Shown: positions 9,583 to 19,854 of the stretch, piece by piece
Layout of the letters: the number at the start of each line of letters is the position of its first letter
Numbering within the stretch: position 1 is the stretch's first letter
Assembly (NCBI GenBank): GCA_050633305.1
Contig: JBOEGF010000023.1
Location: 32,001 to 96,000 of the forward strand
Direction: 5' to 3'
DNA: 64,000 nt
DNA from: Nannocystales bacterium
GTDB taxonomy: Bacteria; Myxococcota_A; Polyangia; Nannocystales; Nannocystaceae
The notes under the pieces: model-generated
Database searches by the model: none
What the model was told of the DNA's origin: nothing
Seen by the model: only the letters and a program-made list of their open reading frames with translations
Program-made: the position numbers and the translations under genes

Positions 9583-10136
9583 CCCACCACCTCCATCGCT
9601 CCGCCGTTGCCCCCCAGCTCCTTCTGCAGACCACGAAGTCCGCGATTCATCATTCCCGCCATCATCGTGGGGAACATGTGCTTGAGAACGAGTCCCCGGA
9701 GGTCGAAGAACTGTGACCAGTCCAAGATGCACCCCGTCGCAGTCGGCTCGAGTAGCATCGCGGCGGCGTGGTTTTCGACCGGCATCATCGGGCTGCGAAC
9801 GGAGTAGACACAGGTGACCGGAGCCTCGTAGTGATGGATCGTCTCGTCGAGGTCGCCCATGCCCCACGTGTGACACAGCCGCTTGCTCCCCTCTCCCCAG
9901 TCGCCAACGTTGCAGGATGCGGTGTGATCGACCGAGCCACTGCGAATCATGCCGAACCACCCAGCGATCAGCTGTGGGTCGGTCACGCGTCCGAACACGT
10001 GCTCGGGCGAAGCTTCGAAAGGGAACCGACCGCGCATGCGAAGCGCGGCCTGCGTTTGGCGTCGGACATGCCGCTTCACCACGTCGTCGAAACGCTCGCG
10101 GGTAGGGTCAGGAGGGGTCGGGAGCGGTGCGTTCAT
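9579..10136 (-). CDS. SRPBCC (START/polyketide cyclase) family protein
   Basis: FEASPEHVFGRVTD, GEGSKRLC, LDETIHHYEAP, PVENHAA, GCILDWSQFF and a C-terminal helix. Confidence 0.8.
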   Translation of the reverse strand: MNAPLPTPPDPTRERFDDVVKRHVRRQTQAALRMRGRFPFEASPEHVFGRVTDPQLIAGWFGMIRSGSVDHTASCNVGDWGEGSKRLCHTWGMGDLDETIHHYEAPVTCVYSVRSPMMPVENHAAAMLLEPTATGCILDWSQFFDLRGLVLKHMFPTMMAGMMNRGLRGLQKELGGNGGAMEVVG

Positions 10137-10196
10137 CGTGCCCCCTGGTTTGCGCCGCCACGCCGGTGCGCACCATGCCATAATGACGCGAATGAT

Positions 10197-10215
10197 TATC
10201 TTTCCCGAGGAGATA
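10197..10215. promoter_or_regulatory. Inverted repeat over the LysR RBS, putative LysR site for the divergent promoters
   Basis: TATCT-ttcccgagg-AGATA in the AT-rich spacer between the SRPBCC gene and LysR. Confidence 0.4.
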
Positions 10216-10219
10216 GTAG

Positions 10220-11134
10220 ATGTCTGACGCGGACGGCTCCGGCTTGCGCGACTTGGACGAGCTACGCACGTTCGTGCAGATCGTGGACTCGGGAAACATG
10301 ACGGCAGCTGGACGCGTGCTGGGGCAGACCACCAACGTCGTCAGCCGCCGACTTGCTCGGCTCGAGGAGCGGCTTGGGGTGCCGTTGGCCCAGCGAACCA
10401 CGCGACGCCTCCAGCCGACCGAGGAAGGGCGCAGACTCTACGTGCGCGCCCGGCGAATCCTCGATGAGATCGCGGTCGCGGAGGCGGAACTTCGTGGCAT
10501 TGCGGAAGAACTCACCGGGGAGATCCGGGTGAGCCTGCCCACCCTCGTCGCGGAACAGCTCCGGCCCGCTCTCACCCTGTTCCTCAATGAACACCCGCAG
10601 GTCGACCTTCGCCTGTTCGTGACGGACCGTCCCAGCAGTGCGGTGTTGCGAGATATCGCGGAACAAGGGTTGGATGCGGCCCTGCTGATCGGCCCGATCC
10701 CCGCGAGTTCGGTCGTCACCCGCAGACTCTCACGCGTCCGCACCTTCTTCGCAGCCTCGCGTGCGTATATCGAACTCCACGGCACTCCCAAACGACCCCG
10801 AGACCTCTCCGACCACGCATGCTTGTGCTACATCGGCGAGCGCGTTCAGACCGAATGGGGTGTGTTCGACCGCGATGGTCAGGAGACGGTCGTGCCGGTT
10901 CGGGGGCGATTCGCAAGCTCGGACTCGCGTGCACTCGCGAACGCATTGCTCGACGGGCAAGGCATCGGCCTCGCGTTGGACACGAGCTTTGAGGACGACC
11001 GGCTCGTGCGGGTCTTGCCCAAACACGAGGGCCCCCGGCTCGACGTCCGCCTCGGGTTCGCTGCGAGCCGCCGGGGCTCCCGCCGCATCGATACACTGAC
11101 GGAGCTGCTTCGCCCCGCCCTCCAGACCATCTGA
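10220..11134 (+). CDS. LysR family regulator (CrgA/DmlR-like)
   Basis: LDELRTFVQIVDSGNMTAAGRVLG...RTTRRLQPTEEG; YIELHGTPKRPRDLSDHACL. Confidence 0.93.
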   Translation: MSDADGSGLRDLDELRTFVQIVDSGNMTAAGRVLGQTTNVVSRRLARLEERLGVPLAQRTTRRLQPTEEGRRLYVRARRILDEIAVAEAELRGIAEELTGEIRVSLPTLVAEQLRPALTLFLNEHPQVDLRLFVTDRPSSAVLRDIAEQGLDAALLIGPIPASSVVTRRLSRVRTFFAASRAYIELHGTPKRPRDLSDHACLCYIGERVQTEWGVFDRDGQETVVPVRGRFASSDSRALANALLDGQGIGLALDTSFEDDRLVRVLPKHEGPRLDVRLGFAASRRGSRRIDTLTELLRPALQTI

Positions 11135-11136
11135 GC

Positions 11137-13014
11137 TCAGCCACCCACGCGGGTGCACGTGGTGGGGTCCAGCCGAAGGTCCATCGGCGGATCGAGATCG
11201 TCCGTGGCCACGACGCCCGGAGTGTCGAGCAGAGCACTCGCCCCCATCGCCTCCCGGCGGCGCCACGCGGCAACGTCGAGAAGATCGCGAACGAAGCCCT
11301 CGGGGTCGCGTTTGCTCGCTCGGTCCGCACAGGCCTGGACGAACCGCGCTGCACGATCCCGATGGGCAGCGGCCTCCCCCGGGGTGGCGAGCGCCGAGCG
11401 CAGCTGCGCGGCCGGGAGCCCCTCCGCGCCTTCGAGCGACGCGTGCAAGGCGTTGCGAAGCCGGTCTGCATCCGGCGCTGCAGCGGATGTACCCGGCTGC
11501 GCCGCAACTCCGCGGACCGGCGCGATGGCGGAGCACGAGCCACAGTCCCGATCGATGACCGCATTCACGCAGCCTTGATCCCAGCTTCCCGCGCAGCAGT
11601 AGTCGTCCTCCTCGCAGACGCAAGCTTCGACCTCAGCGTCCTCACACCCCGACCCTGCATGCGCGACACAGCACCCCGCAGCGTCCGGTGTATCTCCGGG
11701 CGGCGCCTGAGTGTTGTCGAGGTCGTCGAAGCTCGGAGCCAGCTCGAGCAGGGCGCATCGCGACGCGGAGTACACGGGCTCGGTGAAGTCGACCGAGAGC
11801 ACGTCCGACACGAACTCGTCGTCCACGATGCCGAGCTCGAGCAAGGTCTGCACGTACGCAAGGTCGGAGGCCGAGCGTTCCACGTACGTGAAGCCGAAGA
11901 AGGTGTCGCGATGACCGACGGTGCCCTCGATGCGACTGCCAGCCTCGTCCCGCGCGGTCGTGTATGCGTCGGCGCTCAACGGCACCGCCGTCGTCACCTG
12001 CTGCAAGGGGTCCACAAAGAACGAACTGGGGATTTCGCGGACGGGCAAAGGACTGCCCACCTCGTTGGGCTCCCCCGCGCTCTGGAGGTTGAACGACGAG
12101 CCGCAGAACAGCGGCTCCAACAGCGCCCGGGTCGAGCCGCCGTGAAGGTCTGTTCGGAGAGGATCGGCGAACGCCCCGATCCGGGTGCGGTTCCAGACCT
12201 CGTTCCCGGCCCGCACGACGCCCGACAGCTCGGCCCCGGTGCTGCGCGCGCCGAGCTCGGAGAATCGGTCCATCGCGATTCCGGCCCCGACCGTTCGCAC
12301 GCTGGCGCTCTCCCAGTGCACCCACGGGGCGTCGATTTCCCGCATGACCAGTCCGCCATCGCTGTGGCACGAGGCGCACGCCGACGTTGTTCGCGTCTGG
12401 GGGTCGACTTGGTCAAACGAGTTTCCGTGAAAGACCCACTCCGCGCCCTCCCCTTCCCCCTCGAGGGCGTAGAAGTTGAACACGCCCGCCGCTCGATCGA
12501 GCGACATCACCTGAAGCCCGGTCTGCGGGAGCTTTGGGTCATCGGCGTCGATCGGAGGAACGGCGAACAACATCTCGTACGGGAGCCGCCGACCGCACTG
12601 GCGCCCCACGACCGCACGCACGACGTCGGGCTTCTGCAGAAGCTGGGCACGCTCGGACACGATGCGTCCGAGCATCCCCGTGCGAAGGTCGTCGGCACAG
12701 CGATCATCGTCCTCGAGCCTCAGTTTTGCGATGGTCTCGGAGTACGTCCGTGGGCACGCCCCAGGCCGCTTGAGCACCACGTTCGCAAACGGATCGCCCA
12801 GCCCATCGAGGAACGCGGCATCCATGGGGCGCCCGCGGCCGTCGAGCACGTTCTGACAGGCGAACATGTCGGGCTCGGGGTCGTCGCACCCCTCGGTGTC
12901 ACAGGCCGCGCCGCCGTCCGCGACTCGACCCATGTCGTCGCCGCACGCGAACAGCGTTACGGTGGCGAGGACGATCAAAGAAGCGCGGTGAAGCCAGGGG
13001 GTCAACGCGGGCAA
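11137..13014 (-). CDS. Lipoprotein with a c-type heme motif (CASCH) and an inserted Cys-rich module
   Basis: LFAC lipobox; CASCH at 12364-12378; GCCVAHAGSGC...CVC..DDYCC..SWD..C module. Confidence 0.75.
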   Translation of the reverse strand: MPALTPWLHRASLIVLATVTLFACGDDMGRVADGGAACDTEGCDDPEPDMFACQNVLDGRGRPMDAAFLDGLGDPFANVVLKRPGACPRTYSETIAKLRLEDDDRCADDLRTGMLGRIVSERAQLLQKPDVVRAVVGRQCGRRLPYEMLFAVPPIDADDPKLPQTGLQVMSLDRAAGVFNFYALEGEGEGAEWVFHGNSFDQVDPQTRTTSACASCHSDGGLVMREIDAPWVHWESASVRTVGAGIAMDRFSELGARSTGAELSGVVRAGNEVWNRTRIGAFADPLRTDLHGGSTRALLEPLFCGSSFNLQSAGEPNEVGSPLPVREIPSSFFVDPLQQVTTAVPLSADAYTTARDEAGSRIEGTVGHRDTFFGFTYVERSASDLAYVQTLLELGIVDDEFVSDVLSVDFTEPVYSASRCALLELAPSFDDLDNTQAPPGDTPDAAGCCVAHAGSGCEDAEVEACVCEEDDYCCAGSWDQGCVNAVIDRDCGSCSAIAPVRGVAAQPGTSAAAPDADRLRNALHASLEGAEGLPAAQLRSALATPGEAAAHRDRAARFVQACADRASKRDPEGFVRDLLDVAAWRRREAMGASALLDTPGVVATDDLDPPMDLRLDPTTCTRVGG

Positions 13015-13274
13015 CCCTACGGTCGCCGAGCCCTCGCATCAACGGGCAGACTCACGTTGGCAACAGACCCCCAACATGGCGTGCTGCAGCAGGTCGGAGC
13101 AATTCGCGGTCAAGTCAGAGGGATCCGTCCGCGCGCTCACGTCCCCCCTCCCGGCGCGGTGAACTCGTGGACCTCGTCATCTGCGCCCGTGCTGCGAAAG
13201 AAGCCCCGGGTTGCCGCTGAGGGGCCGTCCACCCATGCATGACCACCGAGCTTTGTGATACCCCAATGTTGCGT

Positions 13275-15215
13275 ATGAGCGGCATCAAGAGCGTCTCGAA
13301 GGAATCCCGTGTGTTCGAACCCCCCGCGGCATTTGCCGAGAAGGCCCGGGTCGGCTCACGTGAGGCGTATCAGGCTCTGTACGAGCGCAGCATCGACGAC
13401 CCCGAGGGCTTCTGGCGCGAGCAGGCCGAGCCTCTGCACTTCTTCACGCCGCCCACGTCCATCTGCCAGTGGGAGGCCCCCAAGGCTCGCTGGTTCGATG
13501 GTGGCACGACCAACATCGCCTACAACTGCCTCGATCGTCACATCGAGGCTGGCAACGGTGACCGCACAGCCTTCATCTGGGAAGGCGAGGACGGCGACGT
13601 CCTGAAACTGTCCTACTCGGATGTCCTGCGCGAGACCAACAAGCTCGCCCACGCCCTACGTGAATTGGGCGTCGAGAAAGGCGACCGCGTCATCATCTAC
13701 ATGGGCATGGTGCCCGAAGCCGCGTATGCGATGCTCGCCTGCGTTCGCATCGGCGCCATCCACTCCGTCATCTTCGGCGGGTTCGCGGCCGACGCCGTCC
13801 GGGACCGGGTCAACGACGCGGACGCCAAAGTGGTCCTGACCCAAGACGGTGCCTTTCGCCGTGGCAAGGTCGTGCCCCTCAAGGAGAACGTCGACAAGGC
13901 CCTCGATCAGTGCCCTGGCGTCAGCGCGTCGGTCGTGCTCCGTCGCGCGGGCAACGATGTGGTCATGAAGGACGGACGAGACCACGACTGGAACACGCTC
14001 GTCTCCAAGCAGTCCGGCGAGCTCGAGGCCGAGCAGCTCGATTCAGAGCATCCCTCGTTCATCCTCTACACCTCCGGTACCACGGGCAAGCCCAAGGGCG
14101 TGATGCACACGACCGCCGGATACCTCGTGGGCACCTACGTCACCTCGAAGTACGTCTTCGACCTGAACGAGGATGACGTCTACTGGTGCACCGCCGATGT
14201 CGGCTGGATCACCGGACACAGCTACATCGTGTACGGACCCCTCGCCAACGGCGCGACCGTGGTGATGTATGAGGGCGCACCCAACCACCCCGGGCCCGAC
14301 CGCTTCTGGGAGCTGATCGCCAAGCACAAGGTCACCATCTTCTACACCGCCCCCACGGCGATTCGCGCCTTCATCAAGTGGGGCGATGACCACGTGCTCA
14401 AGCACGACCTCTCCAGCTTGCGTCTGCTGGGCACTGTCGGCGAGCCGATCAACCCGGAGGCGTGGATCTGGTACCGCGACATGATCGGCAAGCAGAACTG
14501 CCCCATCGTAGACACGTGGTGGCAGACCGAGACCGGCGCGATGATGATGACCCCCCTGCCCGGCGCGATTGCAGCGGTTCCCGGGTCCTGCACGGTTCCG
14601 TTCTTCGGTGTCTCCCCCAAGATTCTCCGCGAAGATGGCACCGAGGCAGACGCGAACGAAGGCGGCTACCTCGTGATCGACAAGCCTTGGCCCTCGATGC
14701 TTCGCACCGTGTGGGGCGATGATGAGCGCTTCCGCGACACGTACTTCTCCAAGTTTGAGGGCAAGTACTTCACGGGTGACGGCGCCCGCAAAGACGAGAA
14801 CGGCAATTTCTGGGTCATGGGTCGTGTCGACGATGTGCTCAACGTGTCGGGGCACCGTCTGGGCACCGCGGAAATCGAGAGCGCCCTGGTTGCGCATGAC
14901 GATGTCGCCGAGTCAGCCGTGGTTGGCCGCCCCGACGATCTCAAGGGCCAAGCCATCGTCGCGTTCGTCACGCTCAAGCAGGGGGTCACGCCCACCGATG
15001 ACCTGAAAGCTGCATTGACCAGCTTGGTCGCCGAGGAGATCGGAAAGTTCGCTCGGCCCGATGCGATTCGGTTCGCGGACACCCTACCCAAGACCCGCAG
15101 CGGTAAGATCATGCGGCGTCTACTCGGGGAGTTGGCGCGCGGCGAGGCTCCCAAGGGCGACATGACGACGCTGGAAGACATCTCGGTGATCGCCAAGCTC
15201 CGCGGCGACGACTGA
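13275..15215 (+). CDS. acs: Acetyl-CoA synthetase (AMP-forming)
   Basis: [66 protein letters not shown]. Confidence 0.97.
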   Translation: MSGIKSVSKESRVFEPPAAFAEKARVGSREAYQALYERSIDDPEGFWREQAEPLHFFTPPTSICQWEAPKARWFDGGTTNIAYNCLDRHIEAGNGDRTAFIWEGEDGDVLKLSYSDVLRETNKLAHALRELGVEKGDRVIIYMGMVPEAAYAMLACVRIGAIHSVIFGGFAADAVRDRVNDADAKVVLTQDGAFRRGKVVPLKENVDKALDQCPGVSASVVLRRAGNDVVMKDGRDHDWNTLVSKQSGELEAEQLDSEHPSFILYTSGTTGKPKGVMHTTAGYLVGTYVTSKYVFDLNEDDVYWCTADVGWITGHSYIVYGPLANGATVVMYEGAPNHPGPDRFWELIAKHKVTIFYTAPTAIRAFIKWGDDHVLKHDLSSLRLLGTVGEPINPEAWIWYRDMIGKQNCPIVDTWWQTETGAMMMTPLPGAIAAVPGSCTVPFFGVSPKILREDGTEADANEGGYLVIDKPWPSMLRTVWGDDERFRDTYFSKFEGKYFTGDGARKDENGNFWVMGRVDDVLNVSGHRLGTAEIESALVAHDDVAESAVVGRPDDLKGQAIVAFVTLKQGVTPTDDLKAALTSLVAEEIGKFARPDAIRFADTLPKTRSGKIMRRLLGELARGEAPKGDMTTLEDISVIAKLRGDD

Positions 15216-15287
15216 CGAAAAGGTGGTGGTTGGGGGCGGCCGCCTGCTCCAGCTGTACCCAGTTGGGCGACGAGAGGAATTCACTTG

Positions 15288-15314
15288 GGAACCTTCCCTG
15301 CACACCGCTGTCTT
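15288..15314 (+). promoter_or_regulatory. Putative ECF-sigma promoter for the VWA gene
   Basis: GGAACC-N16-GTCTT, ending 20 nt upstream of ATG 15335 (GAGG RBS). Confidence 0.4.
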
Positions 15315-15334
15315 GGGTGAGCGAGGTGCTCCCC

Positions 15335-17470
15335 ATGGATTCGACTCCCACTCGACCTGCTTCTTCCGAGACCGCGGATTCATCCGAGCAACCGTCGCAC
15401 CCGCCCCCGCCATGGCGGCGCCCACTCCTGATCGTCACGGGCTTGTCGCTCCTCGCAGCGGGCGCGATCGCCAATGCGGATCGGCTCGGTTTACCTTGGC
15501 AGGTCCTCCCGGAGTCCGTGGAGGTCCAGCTTGCCGGGTCTTCGGCAGACTCGAAGGAGTCACCGTCCTCGCAGGATCAGCACGAAGAGCAGGAAGCTCA
15601 ACAGCATCGACACAAGGGCGAGGAAGGCAAGATGGGTCGGGCCTCCGCCAAGCACAAATCCGGGCTGTATGCGCTCAAGGGCCCGAAGAACTCGGCCCCC
15701 CAGATGGCCCGGAACCTCGACTCCGCGGCTCGGGCGAGCAACGCAGGCGTCCTCGGACAGATTCGACGCGACTCCGGTCACTTCCTCGCCTCGCCGTACT
15801 CAGCAGCCTTCGCCTTGGGAGACGATGATGGCGACGTCTGGGGTGGCCTCGCAAAGGCGGACCATGAGGGCAACTTCGGTCACGACCTCGTCGAGTTCAA
15901 CCCCTTCACGAAAACCCTCGCAGACCCCAAGTCGACCTTTTCCATCGACGTCGACACGGCCGCGTACGCGAATGTTCGAAGGCTCTTGTTCGGTGCGGGA
16001 CAGGCCCCGCCACCAAGCGTCATCCGAACCGAGGAGATGATCAACTACTTCGACTACGACTATGCCGAACCGACCGCGGACGTCCCCTTCTCGGTCAACA
16101 CCGAGGTCGCCCCCGCGCCTTGGGACGCTGCCCACCGCATCGTGCACATCGGGATCCAGGGCAAGACTGTCCATCCCGAGGAGATCCCCCCACGCAACCT
16201 CGTGTTTCTCATCGATGTATCCGGTTCGATGTCCACGCCAGGAAAGCTCGGACTGGTCAAACGGGGACTCTCCGCGTTGGCCGCTCAGATGAACGGACGT
16301 GATCGCATCTCGCTGGTCGTCTACGCGGGTGCCGCGGGCGCCGTGCTCCCGCCGACCTCCGGCGCGGATCACGAAAAGATCGATGAGGCACTGACCCGCC
16401 TCCGCTCTGGCGGCAGCACCAATGGAGCGGAGGGCATCCACCTCGCCTACAAGCTCGCGCGGCGATCGTTCATCAAAGGAGGCATCAACCGGGTGTTGCT
16501 GGCCACGGACGGCGACTTCAACGTGGGCACCACGGGGCATGACGCGCTGATGAGGCTGATCGAAGCCAAGCGAAAGACCGGGGTGTACCTGTCGGTGCTT
16601 GGCGTCGGAGGGAGCAACTTCAACGACCACATGATGGAGCAGCTCGCCGACAAGGGGAACGGGAACTACGCGTACCTCGATAGTGAACTCGAAGCACACA
16701 AGGTGCTGGTCGAAGAGTCAGGCGCGATGCTGCAGACGATCGCGAAGGACGTGAAGATCCAGGTCGAGTTCGACCCCGACCAGGTCGCATCACACCGACT
16801 CATCGGGTACGAAAACCGCCTCCTTGCGCACCAAGACTTCGACGACGACACCAAAGACGCCGGAGAAATCGGTGCGGGGCACACCGTCACCGCCCTCTAC
16901 GAGGTCATCCCAGCCAAAGGTGCGGATGCCGACCCCCTGATGACGCTGAGCCTTCGCTACAAGGAACCCGACGGCGAGCGGAGCCAACGGATCCGTGTCC
17001 CGGTTCGCGACGGGGGGCTCGACCTTGCGGACGCCTCCGACGACTATCGTTTCTCCGCAGCGGTCGCGATGTTGGGACAAAAGCTCCGAGGCCATGACGC
17101 CCAAGCCAAGACGACCTATGGCGACATCGTCGAGCTCGCATGGGGCTCGATGGGCGCCGACCCCTACTGCTACCGCCACCAGTTTGTGCAGCTCGCGGCC
17201 AAGGCGGGCGAAGTGCAGGGCGAGTTCATCAACGCTGAACTTCCACAGTGCCACACCACGTCACGCCTCCCCGTCTTCGCCCGCACCCACGACCCCGCCG
17301 AGACCCCTGCGGAAGAGGTGCTCGAAGCCGAGGTCGCTTGGCAGACCGACGAGGAGCCGTTCGACTGGGGCGCCCTTGTCGTCGAGGTCCTGCGACTGTT
17401 GCCGCCGCTGCTGGCTCTCCCCATCTTCGCCCTGGCCTTCTGGCGGCCTCGTCGCCGCCTACGAGCCTAG
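15335..17470 (+). CDS. YfbK-like von Willebrand factor A protein with N- and C-terminal membrane anchors
   Basis: STFSIDVDTAAY, EEMINYFDY, NLVFLIDVSGSM (MIDAS), ATDGDFNVG, TIAKDVKIQVEF, DAGEIGAGHTVTALYE. Confidence 0.9.
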   Translation: MDSTPTRPASSETADSSEQPSHPPPPWRRPLLIVTGLSLLAAGAIANADRLGLPWQVLPESVEVQLAGSSADSKESPSSQDQHEEQEAQQHRHKGEEGKMGRASAKHKSGLYALKGPKNSAPQMARNLDSAARASNAGVLGQIRRDSGHFLASPYSAAFALGDDDGDVWGGLAKADHEGNFGHDLVEFNPFTKTLADPKSTFSIDVDTAAYANVRRLLFGAGQAPPPSVIRTEEMINYFDYDYAEPTADVPFSVNTEVAPAPWDAAHRIVHIGIQGKTVHPEEIPPRNLVFLIDVSGSMSTPGKLGLVKRGLSALAAQMNGRDRISLVVYAGAAGAVLPPTSGADHEKIDEALTRLRSGGSTNGAEGIHLAYKLARRSFIKGGINRVLLATDGDFNVGTTGHDALMRLIEAKRKTGVYLSVLGVGGSNFNDHMMEQLADKGNGNYAYLDSELEAHKVLVEESGAMLQTIAKDVKIQVEFDPDQVASHRLIGYENRLLAHQDFDDDTKDAGEIGAGHTVTALYEVIPAKGADADPLMTLSLRYKEPDGERSQRIRVPVRDGGLDLADASDDYRFSAAVAMLGQKLRGHDAQAKTTYGDIVELAWGSMGADPYCYRHQFVQLAAKAGEVQGEFINAELPQCHTTSRLPVFARTHDPAETPAEEVLEAEVAWQTDEEPFDWGALVVEVLRLLPPLLALPIFALAFWRPRRRLRA

Positions 17471-17512
17471 GCACCCCGGGAAACGCTGGACACGAGCCAA
17501 TCGCAGATTGGT

Positions 17513-18985
17513 CTACGCGAAGCTCTTTGCAGCGTCGCGCACGATCTGGACGATCAGGTCGACCTCCTGCGAGGTCACCCCGAACTGCGGGGTGAAGCGC
17601 AGCGAGTTCGGCCCGCCGTGAATCACGTTGAGGCCGCGCTGCCGACATCTGCGTTCCAACCCATCCTCGGCGACCACAGGGATGGAAGCATCGACTTCGA
17701 TGCTCGCGAGCAACCCTGTACCTTGCGCCTTGCCGAACACGCCCGGCATCTCCGAACCGAGGGCCCCCAGCTTCTCGACCAGTTCGTCGCCTCGATCACG
17801 GATGTTGCGCCGAAGATCCTCATCGATGCCCTCGAGCACCGCGGTCGCGACGTCGAGCGCCCGCGGGTTGCTGGTCATCGTGTTGCCGTAGACACCCGGT
17901 GTGAACACGGCGGACGCACGCGGCCCCATGCCCACCACGCTCAGCGGGTACTGGCCGGCGTTGAGCGCCTTCGACCAGACTTCGATGTCCGGCACCGCCG
18001 CGTCGGAGAACTCGGGCGAGCTCATGTGGCTGAGGCAACCGTAGGTTCGTAGTCCGGCTTGGATGGCATCGACGATGAGGAACGCACCCGCCTCGGCTGT
18101 CGCCTTTCGAGCTGCGTCGTAGTACTCGCGCGTCACCGCCATCCCCGGGTTGCCCTCCCCCTGGACGGGCTCGATCGCGACCGCTTGGATGAACGCACCG
18201 CTCCGCTCCGCCTCTTCGAACACCGCCAGCAAAGCGGCGACATCGTTGAGCGGGACGACCTTGCGGTTGGTCCGCTCGCGGTACGAAGCGAGCTTGGCCG
18301 CGTACGAGGGCCGGGTGCTGTCGGAGATCCGTGCCGGCTGGTCCGTCCGTCCGTGAAACGACCCCTTCATCGAGACCGTCCATGCCGTGCGCCCCTCGTA
18401 GCGCCCACCGGGCTCGGTTAGACCGAACGCATTCATGTCGCAGAGTCTCAGGGCGAGGGCCATGCCTTCGGACCCAGAGTTCAGGCACGCAAAGCGCTCA
18501 AAAGGATTCGACCCACGACCGTAGGCACACTCGCAAGAGAGGGCCCCGATGAATCGTCGCTGTGCAAAGCCCGGGGTCATCACGTTGGCCATCACCTGCG
18601 GCGAGGCAAGGTGGGGTTCGACATGCTCGGGGTTGTGTCCGCCACCGAGCATGCCGTAGCCGCCGGTCTCGTAGAGCACGGCACCGTAGGCGGTGACGAC
18701 CCACGGACCCGCCGCGGCCAGCGCCACGAACGGGCTGATCGACTCCGGCGAGTAGAAGTTGGCGTAGCCCTGCTGAAGCGTTGCGGCGGCTTCGCCCTCC
18801 GGCGCTTTGACCAGGGCGCGCTCCTGTTCGCTCAGCCCGTTCCACGAGGACTCCGCCAAGGAAAGCGCGCGACGAAGCGACGCGTCATCCGCGAACGCGT
18901 CGATCCATCGGTCGGACATCCCGGCGGTGGTGGCGGGGCCCGAGGAGGTACGTAGGGTCTGGAGGATGGGGTGTTTCGAAGTCAA
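17513..18985 (-). CDS. Class III PLP-dependent aminotransferase (ornithine/lysine aminotransferase-like)
   Basis: NSGSE, GSFHGRT, IEPVQGEGNPG, LIVDAIQAG, SKALNAG (PLP lysine), YGNT. Confidence 0.92.
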   Translation of the reverse strand: MTSKHPILQTLRTSSGPATTAGMSDRWIDAFADDASLRRALSLAESSWNGLSEQERALVKAPEGEAAATLQQGYANFYSPESISPFVALAAAGPWVVTAYGAVLYETGGYGMLGGGHNPEHVEPHLASPQVMANVMTPGFAQRRFIGALSCECAYGRGSNPFERFACLNSGSEGMALALRLCDMNAFGLTEPGGRYEGRTAWTVSMKGSFHGRTDQPARISDSTRPSYAAKLASYRERTNRKVVPLNDVAALLAVFEEAERSGAFIQAVAIEPVQGEGNPGMAVTREYYDAARKATAEAGAFLIVDAIQAGLRTYGCLSHMSSPEFSDAAVPDIEVWSKALNAGQYPLSVVGMGPRASAVFTPGVYGNTMTSNPRALDVATAVLEGIDEDLRRNIRDRGDELVEKLGALGSEMPGVFGKAQGTGLLASIEVDASIPVVAEDGLERRCRQRGLNVIHGGPNSLRFTPQFGVTSQEVDLIVQIVRDAAKSFA

Positions 18986-19191
18986 CTCGACTCACTTTCA
19001 CGCTCTGCACGAAGCCAGCGAACCGCGCGGGTCTGCCGGTTTGGCGCGGCCACGGTGTCCTGGCACATCTTGGCCACGCTCGCTTCTTGTAGCTCATGGG
19101 AAACATCTGGGGAAGACGTGAAACCCGTCCGTCGCGGGCCTGTCGAGGCGTACGAGCTGTCCCCACGGGACAAACGGCGTCCGCGAGTTGG

Positions 19192-19209
19192 TGTCACTGC
19201 AATGTCACT
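19192..19209. promoter_or_regulatory. TGTCACT direct repeat with 11-bp period (OmpR/PhoB-type box candidate)
   Basis: TGTCACTgcaaTGTCACT in a ~540-bp non-coding region upstream of the aminotransferase. Confidence 0.4.
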
Positions 19210-19531
19210 CCGTCGGGGTCGGCAAACCGACGCTCGAGTCGAACCGCGGGGCCGCTCTTCCAGAACATCGGTGGGCTTGGAGACCGCGCATGAGGTCGGA
19301 TTCGCCCCGGCCTTCTTCACGACAAGAACGCCCCGCCGCGATCGTGGATTCATCGACCGGTTTCAAGACTGACTTCGAGCTCGGGTCACCGGTTGTCGGG
19401 CGTCCGTCGCTCCGTTCTGACACCGGCACCGGACCGCCGAATGAGACACCGCGGCGACACCCGAGTGGGCTTGGCAGGCGCCGCGGGGTGTGCGCTCGAC
19501 CTTCCCCTGCGAGCCCGACGAAACCTGCCGC

Positions 19532-19775
19532 TCAACTCACATCGGCCAGTGCTTCCTTCATCCCGTCGACGAGAAGTCTGACCCGCTTCGGGACCCGGTT
19601 CCGCGACGGCATCGACACGAAGATGTCTGCGGACCGAATCCGTCGTTCGGGGAACAGCTCCACCAGCCCCCTCCGAAGCTCCCCCTCGAGCCCCGCTCTG
19701 GGAAGGAGTGCGAGCCCGGCCCCAGCGCGCACCAGTCCGAGCGTCGCGGCGCCACTTTGCCCAAGCCGCGGGCCG
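19532..19775 (-). pseudogene. C-terminal remnant of a CrgA-type LysR regulator
   Basis: GAATLGLVRAGAGLALLP...LVELFPE...IFVSMPSRNRVPKRVRLLVDGM*; no HTH upstream. Confidence 0.7.
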
Positions 19776-19854
19776 CGACCACCAGAGCTGGGAGGATTTT
19801 TTCGCCGCACTGGCGCAGCAGCGGGCGACCTCGCCGTCTCTCTGCGCCGGTGGC

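Noticed and set aside
19061..19075. TGGCAC sigma54-like element
   Set aside because: GG-to-GC spacing is 9 rather than 10, and it points away from the nearest gene
19205..19260. GGCAAACC resembling a c-di-GMP-I riboswitch
   Set aside because: No GNRA-capped P2 and no following GACGCAAA/CGG-CUA elements; it is only a simple hairpin
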